A DNA stretch of 39,142 nt from assembly GCA_041938985.1 (NCBI GenBank), contig JBGTUV010000001.1:1-39142 (forward strand), given 5' to 3'. Shown here in pieces: positions 15,116-24,583 of this stretch. This DNA is from Candidatus Nitromaritima sp. (lineage in GTDB: Bacteria; Nitrospinota; Nitrospinia; Nitrospinales; VA-1). The notes under the pieces were generated by a model. That model was not told the origin of the DNA. It ran no database searches and saw nothing but the letters and a program-made list of their open reading frames with translations. A program made the position numbers and the translations under genes. Within the stretch, counting starts at the first letter, position 1, and each line of letters begins with the position of its first letter.

Positions 15116-16369
15116 GTGATATTTTCGTACCAACCCCATGAAAACTGGTCACGGCTACAAAAGTGGAGCTTCCGCTTTGTAGCGCTCTACGGTTGGGGCT
15201 ATATCGTTTTAATGTTTGGCGGCAACCGCATCCTAGAACCCTTGTTGGTTTGGGCGGGTCGCGACATTTTGGGTATGGAAGGACGCTTGGAGTTCTTCTC
15301 TACCGGAAGCGGTGATACCTCTATGGCTTTTGCCAGCCTTTTTGTATTACTATGCCTCTCTTTAATTGGTACCGTCATATGGTCTGCACTAGACAGAAAA
15401 CGCCCATCTTACAACGCCGCCTTTTACTGGCTCACCGTTGTGCTGCGGATCTTCTTGGTGTTCTTCATGTTCACCTACGGATTTGCCAAGATCTATAAAA
15501 CACAATTTGCCGGGCCCTCGCTAATAAGACTTTTACAACCCGTGGGCGATATGTCTCCAATGGGCCTGGCTTGGACCTATATGGCCCAAAGCGAAGGCTT
15601 CAATCTCTTTACCGGGCTAATGGAAGTATTGGGTGGGCTGCTACTTATTCCAAAAAGAACGCAAGCCTTGGGCGGTTTGGTAGTATTTGGAGTGATGCTG
15701 CAGGTCTTTATGATGAACATGTTTTACGACATTCCTGTAAAGTTATTCTCTGCTCATTTAATGCTTTTTGGCTTGTTTTTGTTTGCTTCGGATTGGAAGC
15801 GGTTCAGTCACATTTTCATTAAGAACAAACCCACAGAAGCTCTTTCATATTACAAACCCACAAAAGACCCAACCTATCACGCGGTGATGATGTGGTTCAA
15901 AGTGGCTGGAATGCTTGCCTTGTTCGCCATTATGGGTTACCAGGGTTATTCGTCAGAGCGCAGTTATGGAGACAAGCGCCCAAAACCGCAATACTACGGC
16001 ATTTGGGAAGCCGAAGAATTCATTAAGAATCAAGATACCATAGCACCCCTAATAAGCCGTTCCGACCGTTGGCGCTATTTGGTGATCGACAGAAAGGGAT
16101 ATGCGCTTGTCAAAAAAATGAACGACAGTTTGGAGCGCTTTAGTTTTGTTTTAGACTCGAGTGGAACAAACTTGAGTTTACGCAGCCGCTCCGATACCTT
16201 AAGTGATCCTAATTTTGTGATCAAACAAGTGGATTCTTTACAATTGACCCTGCAAGGTGTGCTAGAGCAAGACAGTTTAATGATCCGTTTTCGCGCCCGC
16301 GACCTTTCACAGTTCCGCCTTATCAATCGTGGCTTTCACTGGATAAACGAAACTCCATACAATAGGTAG
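15116..16369 (+). CDS. Multi-pass membrane protein, function unknown
   Basis: 417-aa ORF with several hydrophobic helices. The start is uncertain (GTG at 15116). Confidence 0.6.
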   Translation: MIFSYQPHENWSRLQKWSFRFVALYGWGYIVLMFGGNRILEPLLVWAGRDILGMEGRLEFFSTGSGDTSMAFASLFVLLCLSLIGTVIWSALDRKRPSYNAAFYWLTVVLRIFLVFFMFTYGFAKIYKTQFAGPSLIRLLQPVGDMSPMGLAWTYMAQSEGFNLFTGLMEVLGGLLLIPKRTQALGGLVVFGVMLQVFMMNMFYDIPVKLFSAHLMLFGLFLFASDWKRFSHIFIKNKPTEALSYYKPTKDPTYHAVMMWFKVAGMLALFAIMGYQGYSSERSYGDKRPKPQYYGIWEAEEFIKNQDTIAPLISRSDRWRYLVIDRKGYALVKKMNDSLERFSFVLDSSGTNLSLRSRSDTLSDPNFVIKQVDSLQLTLQGVLEQDSLMIRFRARDLSQFRLINRGFHWINETPYNR

Positions 16370-16408
16370 AGACACTGGGAATAGCTTTTTAAATTGTTAA
16401 ATTTTTCC

Positions 16409-16451
16409 TTCTACAGTTGTAGAATTAAATTATTATTCTACATTTGTAGAG
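16409..16451. promoter_or_regulatory. Two BlaI/MecI-type operator dyads (TACA-N-TGTA)
   Basis: TTCTACAGTTGTAGAA at 16409-16424 and TTCTACATTTGTAGAG at 16436-16451, directly upstream of the blaI-like gene. Confidence 0.6.
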
Positions 16452-16469
16452 AAGAAAGAAGCAATCCGT

Positions 16470-16835
16470 ATGTCCTTATCAAAATCAGAAGAGCAACTCA
16501 TGCAGATCCTTTGGGAGCAGGAAAAAGCCTATATGAACGATCTTATAGCCGCTTATCCGGACCCAAAACCTGCACAAACCACTATAGCTACCCTTTTAAA
16601 GCGCATGCGCGACAAGGGCTTTGTAGAGTACACTCAAATTGGGCGTGCCCGAGAGTATTATCCGCTAGTGGCCAAGGAGTCTTATTTCTCTAAACAGATG
16701 CGAGGAATGATCCAGAATTTCTTTGACAATTCTGCTGCGCAATTTGCCTCTTTCTTTGCCAAGGAAACTGACCTCAGCAAAGAAGAATTGGAATCATTAA
16801 GAAGTCTTATCGATCGCGAGATCAAAAACAAATGA
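16470..16835 (+). CDS. BlaI/MecI/CopY-family transcriptional repressor
   Basis: 121 aa with an N-terminal winged helix (SEEQLMQILWEQ...TIATLLKRMRDKGFV). It has an ATGA overlap with the M56 gene. Confidence 0.85.
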   Translation: MSLSKSEEQLMQILWEQEKAYMNDLIAAYPDPKPAQTTIATLLKRMRDKGFVEYTQIGRAREYYPLVAKESYFSKQMRGMIQNFFDNSAAQFASFFAKETDLSKEELESLRSLIDREIKNK

Positions 16836-18445
16836 TCATGGAACTCTATGTTTTAAAATCAGCGGCCTGTTGGGCCTTGCTTTACGGCTTCTACAAGCTG
16901 CTCTTAGAGCGGGAAAGCATGCACCAGCTTAAGCGTTGGTACCTTCTAGGCGGATTGGTCCTTGGGGCCTTGATTCCCTTAGTAACATTTACAACATATA
17001 TCACTGCGGATGCCGATGCAGCTACTGTAATTATATCGGCTGCAGAAGGTACTTCCACTGCCACAGGATTTTGGTCTACTTTAGATTATGTCTCCCTTAT
17101 TTGGACTATCTACTGGCTAGGCTTTGCTGTATTCGCAGTGCGTTTTGTGTGGAATCTCGGCAAATTATTGAGACGTATTTGGGCCCATCCGAAGCAATCA
17201 CAAAGACCTTTGTTCTATGTATTACTCGCAAGGCCAGTACAACCACACACCTTTTTTAAATACATTTTCGTAAACAGCAAACGCTTCGCACAGCGGGCAA
17301 TTCCCAAGGAAGTATTGCTACACGAACAAGCCCATGCGCAGCAATTGCACAGCGCCGATGTGTTACTGGCAGAAGCGCTACAAGTGGTCTTTTGGTTCAA
17401 CCCATTGGTCTACCTTTTAAAACACAGCATTTTACTCAATCACGAATTCTTGGCAGACGAGGCTGTACTAAATACAGGCGTGCCCAAGAGTCAATATCAA
17501 AATACTTTACTGGCCTATTTGAACCCACGGACCTGTCCGGACTTGGCCAGTGCCATTAATTATTCATCTATCAAAAAACGATTCACACTCATGAAGAATT
17601 CATCACCTAAAAGGGTCCAATGGGCAAAAAGCCTGTTACTTCTGCCCCTACTCGCAATCTTGCTCTACAGCTTTAGCACCACTAAAGAAGTATTGTTAGA
17701 AGAGGAGATCCCGCTAACGGAAACCGCAGAAACCGGTTTTAATTACAAGACAACCGAGGTCTTTGACACCAATGAAGAACTGCGTATCAACATACAAGGC
17801 AAAACCGTGTATGTGAACGGAACCAAAACGAGCCTACGCGACTTTAAAAAAGCAGTAAACGCCGCTACTCGTAATTGGAACGAGGACGATTTTGAGAATT
17901 CGACCTTAGACTTGCGCATTAAAAATGTGGATAGGGACTTTATGCAAAAGCTCAACGATGCCTTTAAAAAGACCGACTTTTACAAGGCCAATCCGGGGCG
18001 TTATCAGTATGGAATTAATCCTCCACCACCACCTCCACCACCACCACCAGCTCCTAAAGCAGATAATGTGATTATCGAAGAGGTAGAGCTCGAGCTCCCT
18101 CAACCAGACAAGACCACAGATGTGATCATAGAGGTTATAGAAGAGGAAGAAAGTGGCAAGACCACGCGCCGCGTAAAGCGCAAGGCTGTGCTGGATTCAG
18201 ATCTTGATGAAGACGAGGAGATCGTCATTGAAATTGAAGAAGTGAGCCCTCCGCCGCCTCCACCGCCACCAAAAAAGCCTATAGAGGCCATTAAGGATCT
18301 TATAGCTCAAGGAGCCAGTTTCTATCTGGACGGCAATAAGATATCCGCAGATAAAGCACTCGCTTTAGTAAAGGCCGATAAGATCAACTATATCGATGTG
18401 GAAAAGGTAGATAACAATCCGCCTAAAGTGCTGATGAAGCAATAA
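16832..18445 (+). CDS. BlaR1-like M56 peptidase / signal transducer with a Pro-rich C-terminal region
   Basis: N-terminal TM helices and the HExxH motif LLHEQAHAQQLH. Two poly-Pro tracts are present. Confidence 0.8.
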   Translation: MIMELYVLKSAACWALLYGFYKLLLERESMHQLKRWYLLGGLVLGALIPLVTFTTYITADADAATVIISAAEGTSTATGFWSTLDYVSLIWTIYWLGFAVFAVRFVWNLGKLLRRIWAHPKQSQRPLFYVLLARPVQPHTFFKYIFVNSKRFAQRAIPKEVLLHEQAHAQQLHSADVLLAEALQVVFWFNPLVYLLKHSILLNHEFLADEAVLNTGVPKSQYQNTLLAYLNPRTCPDLASAINYSSIKKRFTLMKNSSPKRVQWAKSLLLLPLLAILLYSFSTTKEVLLEEEIPLTETAETGFNYKTTEVFDTNEELRINIQGKTVYVNGTKTSLRDFKKAVNAATRNWNEDDFENSTLDLRIKNVDRDFMQKLNDAFKKTDFYKANPGRYQYGINPPPPPPPPPPAPKADNVIIEEVELELPQPDKTTDVIIEVIEEEESGKTTRRVKRKAVLDSDLDEDEEIVIEIEEVSPPPPPPPPKKPIEAIKDLIAQGASFYLDGNKISADKALALVKADKINYIDVEKVDNNPPKVLMKQ

Positions 18446-18467
18446 AATAGACCCACAAATGAATGAG

Positions 18468-18492
18468 AGCCTCGATTTATCGAGGCTTTTTT
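18468..18492 (+). terminator. Intrinsic terminator
   Basis: AGCCTCG (18468-18474) pairs with CGAGGCT (18481-18487), followed by TTTTT. Confidence 0.7.
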
Positions 18493-18584
18493 AATGCTTT
18501 ATTATGTAACAAAAGCATACAAATTGCGTTCTAATATTCTCGGATGCAGTCCACTACTGCGGCGAACACTTTAATTCATCAATC

Positions 18585-19685
18585 ATGTTACAATCATTTT
18601 TCATTTTCTGCTCCGGAGCAGATACGGACATCTTAGACCAATGTGCTCCCGGGGAGCGCACCAAATATGCAGGAATAGGTGCCACAGTCTTCTTTACCGC
18701 AGTTATGGCTGCCATTGCAGCAACCTATGCGCTTTACACCGTATTTGACAATTATGGCATTGCCGTGGCCTTTGGATTGGTTTGGGGCTTGCTCATCTTT
18801 AATCTGGATAGATTCATCGTATCGACCATAAAGAAACGTGGAAATTTCTGGGACGAATTGGTTCAGGCCACGCCCAGACTCATTCTGGCTGTGATCATCG
18901 CCGTGGTCATTGCAAAACCCTTAGAGCTCAAGATCTTCGAAAAGGAGATAGATCAGGTCTTATTAGAAGAAAAGAATCAAATGACCTTGGACAATCAAGA
19001 TCAGATCGCTTTGCAATATCAGCCCAAGATAGCCGAACTCAACGGGCAAATTGAGACCCTGAAGCAAGAAGTTGTCAGTAAGGAAACTAGCGTCAATGCG
19101 CTTTATGAAACTTATATAGCAGAAGCAGAAGGGCGTGCCGGTACCGAGCTGGTTGGCAAAGGGCCAGTATACAAGGAAAAGCGTGAAAAACACGATGCAG
19201 AATTGGCTGCTTTGACCGAGCTGCGAACTACCAATGCCGCTAAAATTGCCGATCTGGAAACACAGATCACTGCCTTAGAAACTCAATACGACAATAAGGT
19301 CACTGAGACCCAACCGGTAATTGAGGGCTTTGACGGCCTTATGGCTCGTGTAAATGCTCTAGAGAAGCTTCCGTGGTTGCCATCATTCTTTATATTCTTA
19401 CTATTCCTTGCGGTAGAAACTTCACCGATCTTCGCAAAATTGCTTTCTCCCAGAGGGCCCTATGATCATAAACTCGAGGAACAAGAAGGCGCTATTGCCT
19501 CCTGGGCAGCGCAGCAAAAAGAACAGCGAAAGATACTATTGAGCACAGACCTGGCGCTTAACAATCGTGTCTATGGAGATATAGCCGAAGAGCAAGAAGC
19601 CTACGACTACAAAAGAAAAAAGGCCCGCGAACTTATGCAGTTACAGGCCGATGCATTCTTTGAAAAACAAAAACGTCTGTTGTGA
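18585..19685 (+). CDS. DUF4407-like membrane/coiled-coil protein
   Basis: The N-terminus FCSGADTDILDQC...KYAGIGATVFFTAVMA has TM helices, followed by a long coiled-coil middle and a C-terminal TM. The family is called from memory. Confidence 0.6.
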   Translation: MLQSFFIFCSGADTDILDQCAPGERTKYAGIGATVFFTAVMAAIAATYALYTVFDNYGIAVAFGLVWGLLIFNLDRFIVSTIKKRGNFWDELVQATPRLILAVIIAVVIAKPLELKIFEKEIDQVLLEEKNQMTLDNQDQIALQYQPKIAELNGQIETLKQEVVSKETSVNALYETYIAEAEGRAGTELVGKGPVYKEKREKHDAELAALTELRTTNAAKIADLETQITALETQYDNKVTETQPVIEGFDGLMARVNALEKLPWLPSFFIFLLFLAVETSPIFAKLLSPRGPYDHKLEEQEGAIASWAAQQKEQRKILLSTDLALNNRVYGDIAEEQEAYDYKRKKARELMQLQADAFFEKQKRLL

Positions 19686-19919
19686 TTAGGCAGCGATGCT
19701 GATCTCGCCCAATCCAAAGGTATTGATAGATTGATCCCACTGCAGCTGAACAGTATTGGATTCTACCAAAGTAAAGTTGTTGTAGGCTAAGTAAATACTT
19801 AGTAGTCGGCCTGGAATCTGAAGGCTAGCCTTTAGATCTAGCTCCAAATTTTAGGAAAAGATATTAACCACAGGATCGCCGCTACGCTTAAGAACGTAGA
19901 GGGTTTATTTATTTCTGCT

Positions 19920-20372
19920 TTATGAATTAGAATGCTCTAGATTCTTTAATAGTTTATATACGATACCCCGAACACCTTTTTTGCGAGAACCGTTAAAATC
20001 GTAAATATTGTTTACTCTTACCAATTCTGTACTATTAATTATTTCTTTTTCAAGAAAACCAAAATCCATCAACTCGATGCTAAGCTCTGTCTTCAGCAAT
20101 CCTATATAATCAAATTCATTGTTTTTAAGGACAAATCTCAATCCCAATTGTAAGGCATGATAGTAGCCCAGGCACTTTTTGGAATATAACACCTTTACTT
20201 GTTCCTTGTAATGTCTTTCGATGGTGTCTAAAATAGTTATTGTAGCATCATCACTGCCGTCGTTGACAAAACAAAAACTGTAATTTGAATTTTCATCTAA
20301 AAACCTTCCGAATGGAATTTTATCAATCAAGCCTTCTTGATTTCTGCAATAGATTATAATGGTACTGCGCAT
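19920..20372 (-). CDS. Short glycosyltransferase family 2-like protein (possibly truncated or degenerate)
   Basis: IIIYCRNQEG...FCFVNDGSDDATITIL resembles a GT2 N-terminus. It is only 150 aa and no clear DxD motif is seen. Confidence 0.45.
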   Translation of the reverse strand: MRSTIIIYCRNQEGLIDKIPFGRFLDENSNYSFCFVNDGSDDATITILDTIERHYKEQVKVLYSKKCLGYYHALQLGLRFVLKNNEFDYIGLLKTELSIELMDFGFLEKEIINSTELVRVNNIYDFNGSRKKGVRGIVYKLLKNLEHSNS

Positions 20373-20537
20373 GAAATAAAATATGTTTTTATTAAGAATA
20401 CTCTTTTGGAACTTTTAAATCACACTTAAACTGGTACTACAGCTACGAACCTTAAATAGTTAGAAGCTATAAACTTGACTTTTAAATTTTAGAATATCAA
20501 AAAAGTCCAAAAGAAATGACATATTATAATTTAGTAA

Positions 20538-20669
20538 AAACCTTGGGTTGTTATCTAACGCTATTATTGCCCCGCATAGACCTAGGCACACCTTATAGAA
20601 TCACTAACGCATCTTAATCCATTAACACGAATCAAACAAAAATAAGATGATACCTTTAACCCAAGGTTT
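20538..20669. repeat. 12-bp perfect inverted repeat pair bracketing about 108 nt
   Basis: AAACCTTGGGTT at 20538-20549 and AACCCAAGGTTT at 20658-20669. Confidence 0.5.
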
Positions 20670-21285
20670 GGTTTACTAAATTATCGATACAATGGCTTTA
20701 TTCTCCAAGCATTGCTCAAATCGCCGTAATGTGCCATTACAATTAAAAAAATTCTTTTCAACTGTTATATTTAAATTTCCAACTACCTCCTGCTTCTTAG
20801 TGATGAACTGAATAATTTCATCTATTTGATTTGAAGGTATACTGCTGCCTTTAAGTAGCACATAATTATCTATGCTTTTTAGAACGATTGGCACGTGCAC
20901 AGAATTTTTGTTAATTGCTCAAAGATAGATTTCAGCAATAATTCAACTCGCGGTATTTCGATTAATAACCAGTCTGCACAGATGAATGGGCATTAAAAGG
21001 CAATTAATTGTTTCGAGCTTTGAAGAGAATACCTCACAGGGATTTGTCCTAACGAACTAAAGAGAATTGTTCGCTAAATGAGATGCTCGAATCAATGATA
21101 AGTATGCAAATATGATTCTCTTGTGGTTTATTGCTCAGACAATACCTTCAAAGAGATCGTTAGGGACATTTTCATAAAAACATTACTCTGTTTGCAATTT
21201 ATCAATGATGAGCAACTCTATTAAATAAGTAAACCACAAATTATTTTAATCAATATACACCCTAGAATAGGACAAATTTATGTGA

Positions 21286-21993
21286 CTATAATAAGTTTAA
21301 TTTTCTCATTAATTCTGGTCTATTTGACCTAGATATAGGAATAACATCGCGCTCAATAAGAACACTGTTATCTTCAATATCAGTAATCTTAGAAATATTT
21401 ATAACATAACCACGATGAACTCTAACAAATTTATTAGTCGGAAGTTTTTCAAGTAATTTCTTGACTGTAACATGCACAGAATAGTTTTTATTCAAAGTTT
21501 TTATTAACACATAATCACCGTTGGCCTCTATAAGATAAATCTCATCTATCACAATCTTGACTAATCTTCGGTCAATGTTTATAAATAAAACATCATTATC
21601 CTTTTCAATCGCTTCTGTAGAATTTTCCATACTAATCCTACCTAACTTTCGCGATATTTTATCGATAGTCTTGATGAATCGCTGTGAGTTTATTGGCTTT
21701 AAAAGATAATCTTCAACACACGCATAATTATATGATTCAAGCGCAAAATGTGGATTGCTTGTAATTAATACAACCTGTGTATCTGTTTTTAAAGAGTCTA
21801 AAAAATCAAAACCGGTAAATGAAGGCATTTGAATGTCTAAAAATATTACATCTACCTTGCTTTTATTGGTATACTTCAGGGCCGCTACCGCATTGTCAAA
21901 TTGTGCTACTACATCAAGACCACCTATCTGCTGACAAAGTTGTTCAATAACGGCTCTAGCGGTAGCCTCATCATCAATAATAATACACTTCAT
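21286..21993 (-). CDS. LytTR-family response regulator
   Basis: Receiver motifs IIIDDE and FLDIQMP. The C-terminal LytTR domain includes VHRGYVINISKI. The likely ATG is at 21993. Confidence 0.85.
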   Translation of the reverse strand: MKCIIIDDEATARAVIEQLCQQIGGLDVVAQFDNAVAALKYTNKSKVDVIFLDIQMPSFTGFDFLDSLKTDTQVVLITSNPHFALESYNYACVEDYLLKPINSQRFIKTIDKISRKLGRISMENSTEAIEKDNDVLFINIDRRLVKIVIDEIYLIEANGDYVLIKTLNKNYSVHVTVKKLLEKLPTNKFVRVHRGYVINISKITDIEDNSVLIERDVIPISRSNRPELMRKLNLL

Positions 21994-21999
21994 AAGCAA

Positions 22000-22317
22000 T
22001 TATTTGTCTTTTAAAAATACTTCTATCTTGTTCAATACGGCAGCAAAAGCTTCACTGTGCTGATAATCACCTCCTTTTAGGGCATCTTCGTGTGTTACCG
22101 CTACAGCTCTTCCTTCCTTCAGGCCTAAAATACTAATTTTATGCTTAAGCTTGTGAACCATTGCAGCCGCGTGCTGCCAATCTTTTTCTTTCATTAACTG
22201 CTGATACTGCTCGAATTCTCCGGGGAATTCCTCTTTAATGATCCCAACGAACTGGGCGATCACTTCCGGTTGACCGTCTGAGATCTCTTTAAGGTAATCT
22301 AGATTAGGCTGCTCCAT
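22000..22317 (-). CDS. Hpt (histidine phosphotransfer) domain protein
   Basis: AAMVHKLKHKISILGL contains the Hpt phospho-His helix. The likely ATG is at 22317. Confidence 0.7.
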   Translation of the reverse strand: MEQPNLDYLKEISDGQPEVIAQFVGIIKEEFPGEFEQYQQLMKEKDWQHAAAMVHKLKHKISILGLKEGRAVAVTHEDALKGGDYQHSEAFAAVLNKIEVFLKDK

Positions 22318-22331
22318 AGCAATCAAAGGTA

Positions 22332-23480
22332 CTATTTTGGGTGGGTAAAATAAAACGCGGCCCCTTCACCCTCGCGACTCTCTAACCTGATCTGTCCGCC
22401 GTGATCTTCTACGATACGACTTACTATAGCCAGACCTATACCACTTTTAGTAGAGTCGGCATCGAGCTTTTGGAATACTTGAAATACTTTTTCCTGATGT
22501 GCCTTAGCGATACCCGGACCGTTGTCTTTGACATAGAACTCATAATGAGATCCTAGATCTTTATATCCGACCTCCAGACAATCTCCAGAGCGTTTTAGCG
22601 CCGTCAAAGCGTTATCCATCAAATTCTGAAAGACTTGACTCATGCGTAAGCGATCTGCACGTACTTGGGGCATCTCGTGAATGACAATTTGAACACCCAA
22701 AGGTACTAGCAGCATGCTTTTTACCTCATCGATGAGTTTGTTGAGATCTGTTTTCACCAAACTCTCCTGTAATTCTCGCAAATTGGAGTATCGCAAAATA
22801 CCGGAGATCAAACTGTCCATTTTTTCCAAACTTGAGTAAATGTAAGGCATATGGGTAGCCGCTTTTTTGGGCTCATCGCTGTCTAAGTCTTCTTCTATCC
22901 ACTGCACTAAGCTGTGAATATTACGCAAGGGTGATTTCAGATCATGAGATACAATATGAGCATAATCATTAAGATCGTTATTATTTCGTTCTAATCTTTT
23001 TGTTAAGAGTTTTTGTTCTTCGTAATCGGCAGAAGCTTTTAGGGAAACTCCAAATTTACGGATAATAGGATCCAACTGCCTTAACTCTACTGAACTCCAA
23101 GGCTCATTTCTGGGGCTATGAACCGATAAAATACTATCATTTGTAATCGGAAACACAATTATAAAGCCCCCAGAAACAGGAACTGGACATATATCTTTAA
23201 CTCTTTTATTTACCGAAACGCAGACGGGTTTATTCTCGTTTAATAAACCGTGTATAAAATCCATATCAACTTCTTCCTTGGGTCTATAAGGCCCAGGTAT
23301 AGCATATCGCAATCTTAATCTGTTATTGTGTAGCTGTACTATCCACCCTGCTTTGAGCATCTTGCGGCTTAAAAACACTTTCATAAAATGGTCGCAATTG
23401 TCCCGGTAATTCAAAGATTTCCCAATTGCCATAGACAATTCATAAAGACTAAAAATTGTTTGTAGAGTTCCTCCAGACAT
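22332..23480 (-). CDS. Sensor histidine kinase (uncharacterised N-terminal domain, HisKA and HATPase)
   Basis: H-box HIVSHDLKSPLRNI, G-boxes DNGPGI and GIGLAIV. Confidence 0.8.
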   Translation of the reverse strand: MSGGTLQTIFSLYELSMAIGKSLNYRDNCDHFMKVFLSRKMLKAGWIVQLHNNRLRLRYAIPGPYRPKEEVDMDFIHGLLNENKPVCVSVNKRVKDICPVPVSGGFIIVFPITNDSILSVHSPRNEPWSSVELRQLDPIIRKFGVSLKASADYEEQKLLTKRLERNNNDLNDYAHIVSHDLKSPLRNIHSLVQWIEEDLDSDEPKKAATHMPYIYSSLEKMDSLISGILRYSNLRELQESLVKTDLNKLIDEVKSMLLVPLGVQIVIHEMPQVRADRLRMSQVFQNLMDNALTALKRSGDCLEVGYKDLGSHYEFYVKDNGPGIAKAHQEKVFQVFQKLDADSTKSGIGLAIVSRIVEDHGGQIRLESREGEGAAFYFTHPK

Positions 23481-23482
23481 CG

Positions 23483-24583
23483 CTATTCAAATAGTCCCAC
23501 TACAGTGGTCTTATTAAAAAATTCCAAAAAGCCTTCGCCAAATGAAGAAATTTCTCCTAAACTAAGCGCACCACGAATGGTAGGATCAATTTCTTTATTT
23601 CTTAAAGCGATAGAAACTGCTTTTGCTTCGCGCTCAAAGTCATCACCCAAAAAAAGTACTCGCGATATACAATCAATTATAATAGCCGCGGTAGGCTTTC
23701 CGGCTTGATCTGCAGCTTCTGCTGCGGCTTGTCCAGCTGCTATGATAAGCGGGTCAATCTTTCCCTTTAAAACATTTAAAAAGGTGTTTTCAGCAACTTC
23801 ACCTACACAAATCAAATGGCCTTGCTCATTTACCGCGATCGGATCGCGAACAATACATTCAGAGCCTTCACGTACCATCCCAAAAGGGTATCCTTTGGCA
23901 ATATCAAAAAATGCTTGACTGTCAAAACTCGCTCCAGAATCGGCCTCTACAAGCTCCCTGTAAACCTCAAAGGCAGGTTTCCAATTGATCTCTTCGACTA
24001 TATTGGCATTGGTCTTGGTAGCAATAAAAGGACCCCCCAGCTTTTCCCAACCGTGCTTCACTCCCAAATGCGTGGTCTGGTTCAGCAAACAATAAACAGC
24101 GGCATCTTCTAAGAAACCTTCACGACTAAAGATACAGGGCGCTTGTTGTAAACTCAGACTGCCAGCTCCTCCTCCAAAATAGCGGATTTCACTTCCATAG
24201 CTGCGATAAAGCTCAGAAAGGAATCCGGAGATACCAGAAGCCAGACCATCTACCAAGGCAAATACACAATAATCACTACCCAAGACTTCAGGATGCTTTT
24301 CAAGGGCATAACTTACGTCCGCCAAACCACGGACCGTGTGAATTTTCTGTAGCCCCTTGAGCTGAGTCACTATAACACCTAGATTTAGTAACTTATCGTC
24401 AAAGATTAGTTTTGGAAAGATCCCACCAATATACTGACAGGTTGTTTCGTTAAGCGCAGTCATTAACTGAGCAACATCTAAGGGCGTGTTTTCGGCCACC
24501 ATGACTACAAACAATGTATCTGGAGCTGCATTTTGTTGCATCGCTTGAGCGATCTCGCGGGGATTTGGATTCTCGAATATCAT
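23483..24583 (-). CDS. FIST-domain signalling protein
   Basis: 366 aa with no TM segment. Its length and the C-terminal GALSLGEISSFGEG fit a FIST_N/FIST_C architecture. The call is from memory. Confidence 0.6.
   Translation of the reverse strand: MIFENPNPREIAQAMQQNAAPDTLFVVMVAENTPLDVAQLMTALNETTCQYIGGIFPKLIFDDKLLNLGVIVTQLKGLQKIHTVRGLADVSYALEKHPEVLGSDYCVFALVDGLASGISGFLSELYRSYGSEIRYFGGGAGSLSLQQAPCIFSREGFLEDAAVYCLLNQTTHLGVKHGWEKLGGPFIATKTNANIVEEINWKPAFEVYRELVEADSGASFDSQAFFDIAKGYPFGMVREGSECIVRDPIAVNEQGHLICVGEVAENTFLNVLKGKIDPLIIAAGQAAAEAADQAGKPTAAIIIDCISRVLFLGDDFEREAKAVSIALRNKEIDPTIRGALSLGEISSFGEGFLEFFNKTTVVGLFE

Noticed and set aside
16394-16693. A 99-aa ORF overlapping the blaI-like gene.
   Set aside because: It is in a different frame of a gene with a clear BlaI-family N-terminus and operator dyads, and it has no features of its own.
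17906-18291. Poly-Trp (WWWWWRWWW) and poly-Gly (GGGGGGGG) ORFs.
   Set aside because: They are reverse-strand readings of the CCN-repeat poly-proline tracts in the BlaR1-like gene.
19689-19850. A 54-codon stop-free minus-strand stretch (…FTLVESNTVQLQWDQSINTFGLGEISIAA) abutting the DUF4407-like stop codon.
   Set aside because: It has no ATG and no recognisable family. It may be the 3' remnant of a gene cut by the low-GC insertion, but that cannot be shown here.
20676-20900. A 74-aa ORF in the low-GC patch.
   Set aside because: It has only a GTG start, no motif and isolated AT-rich surroundings. Its coding status cannot be supported from sequence alone.
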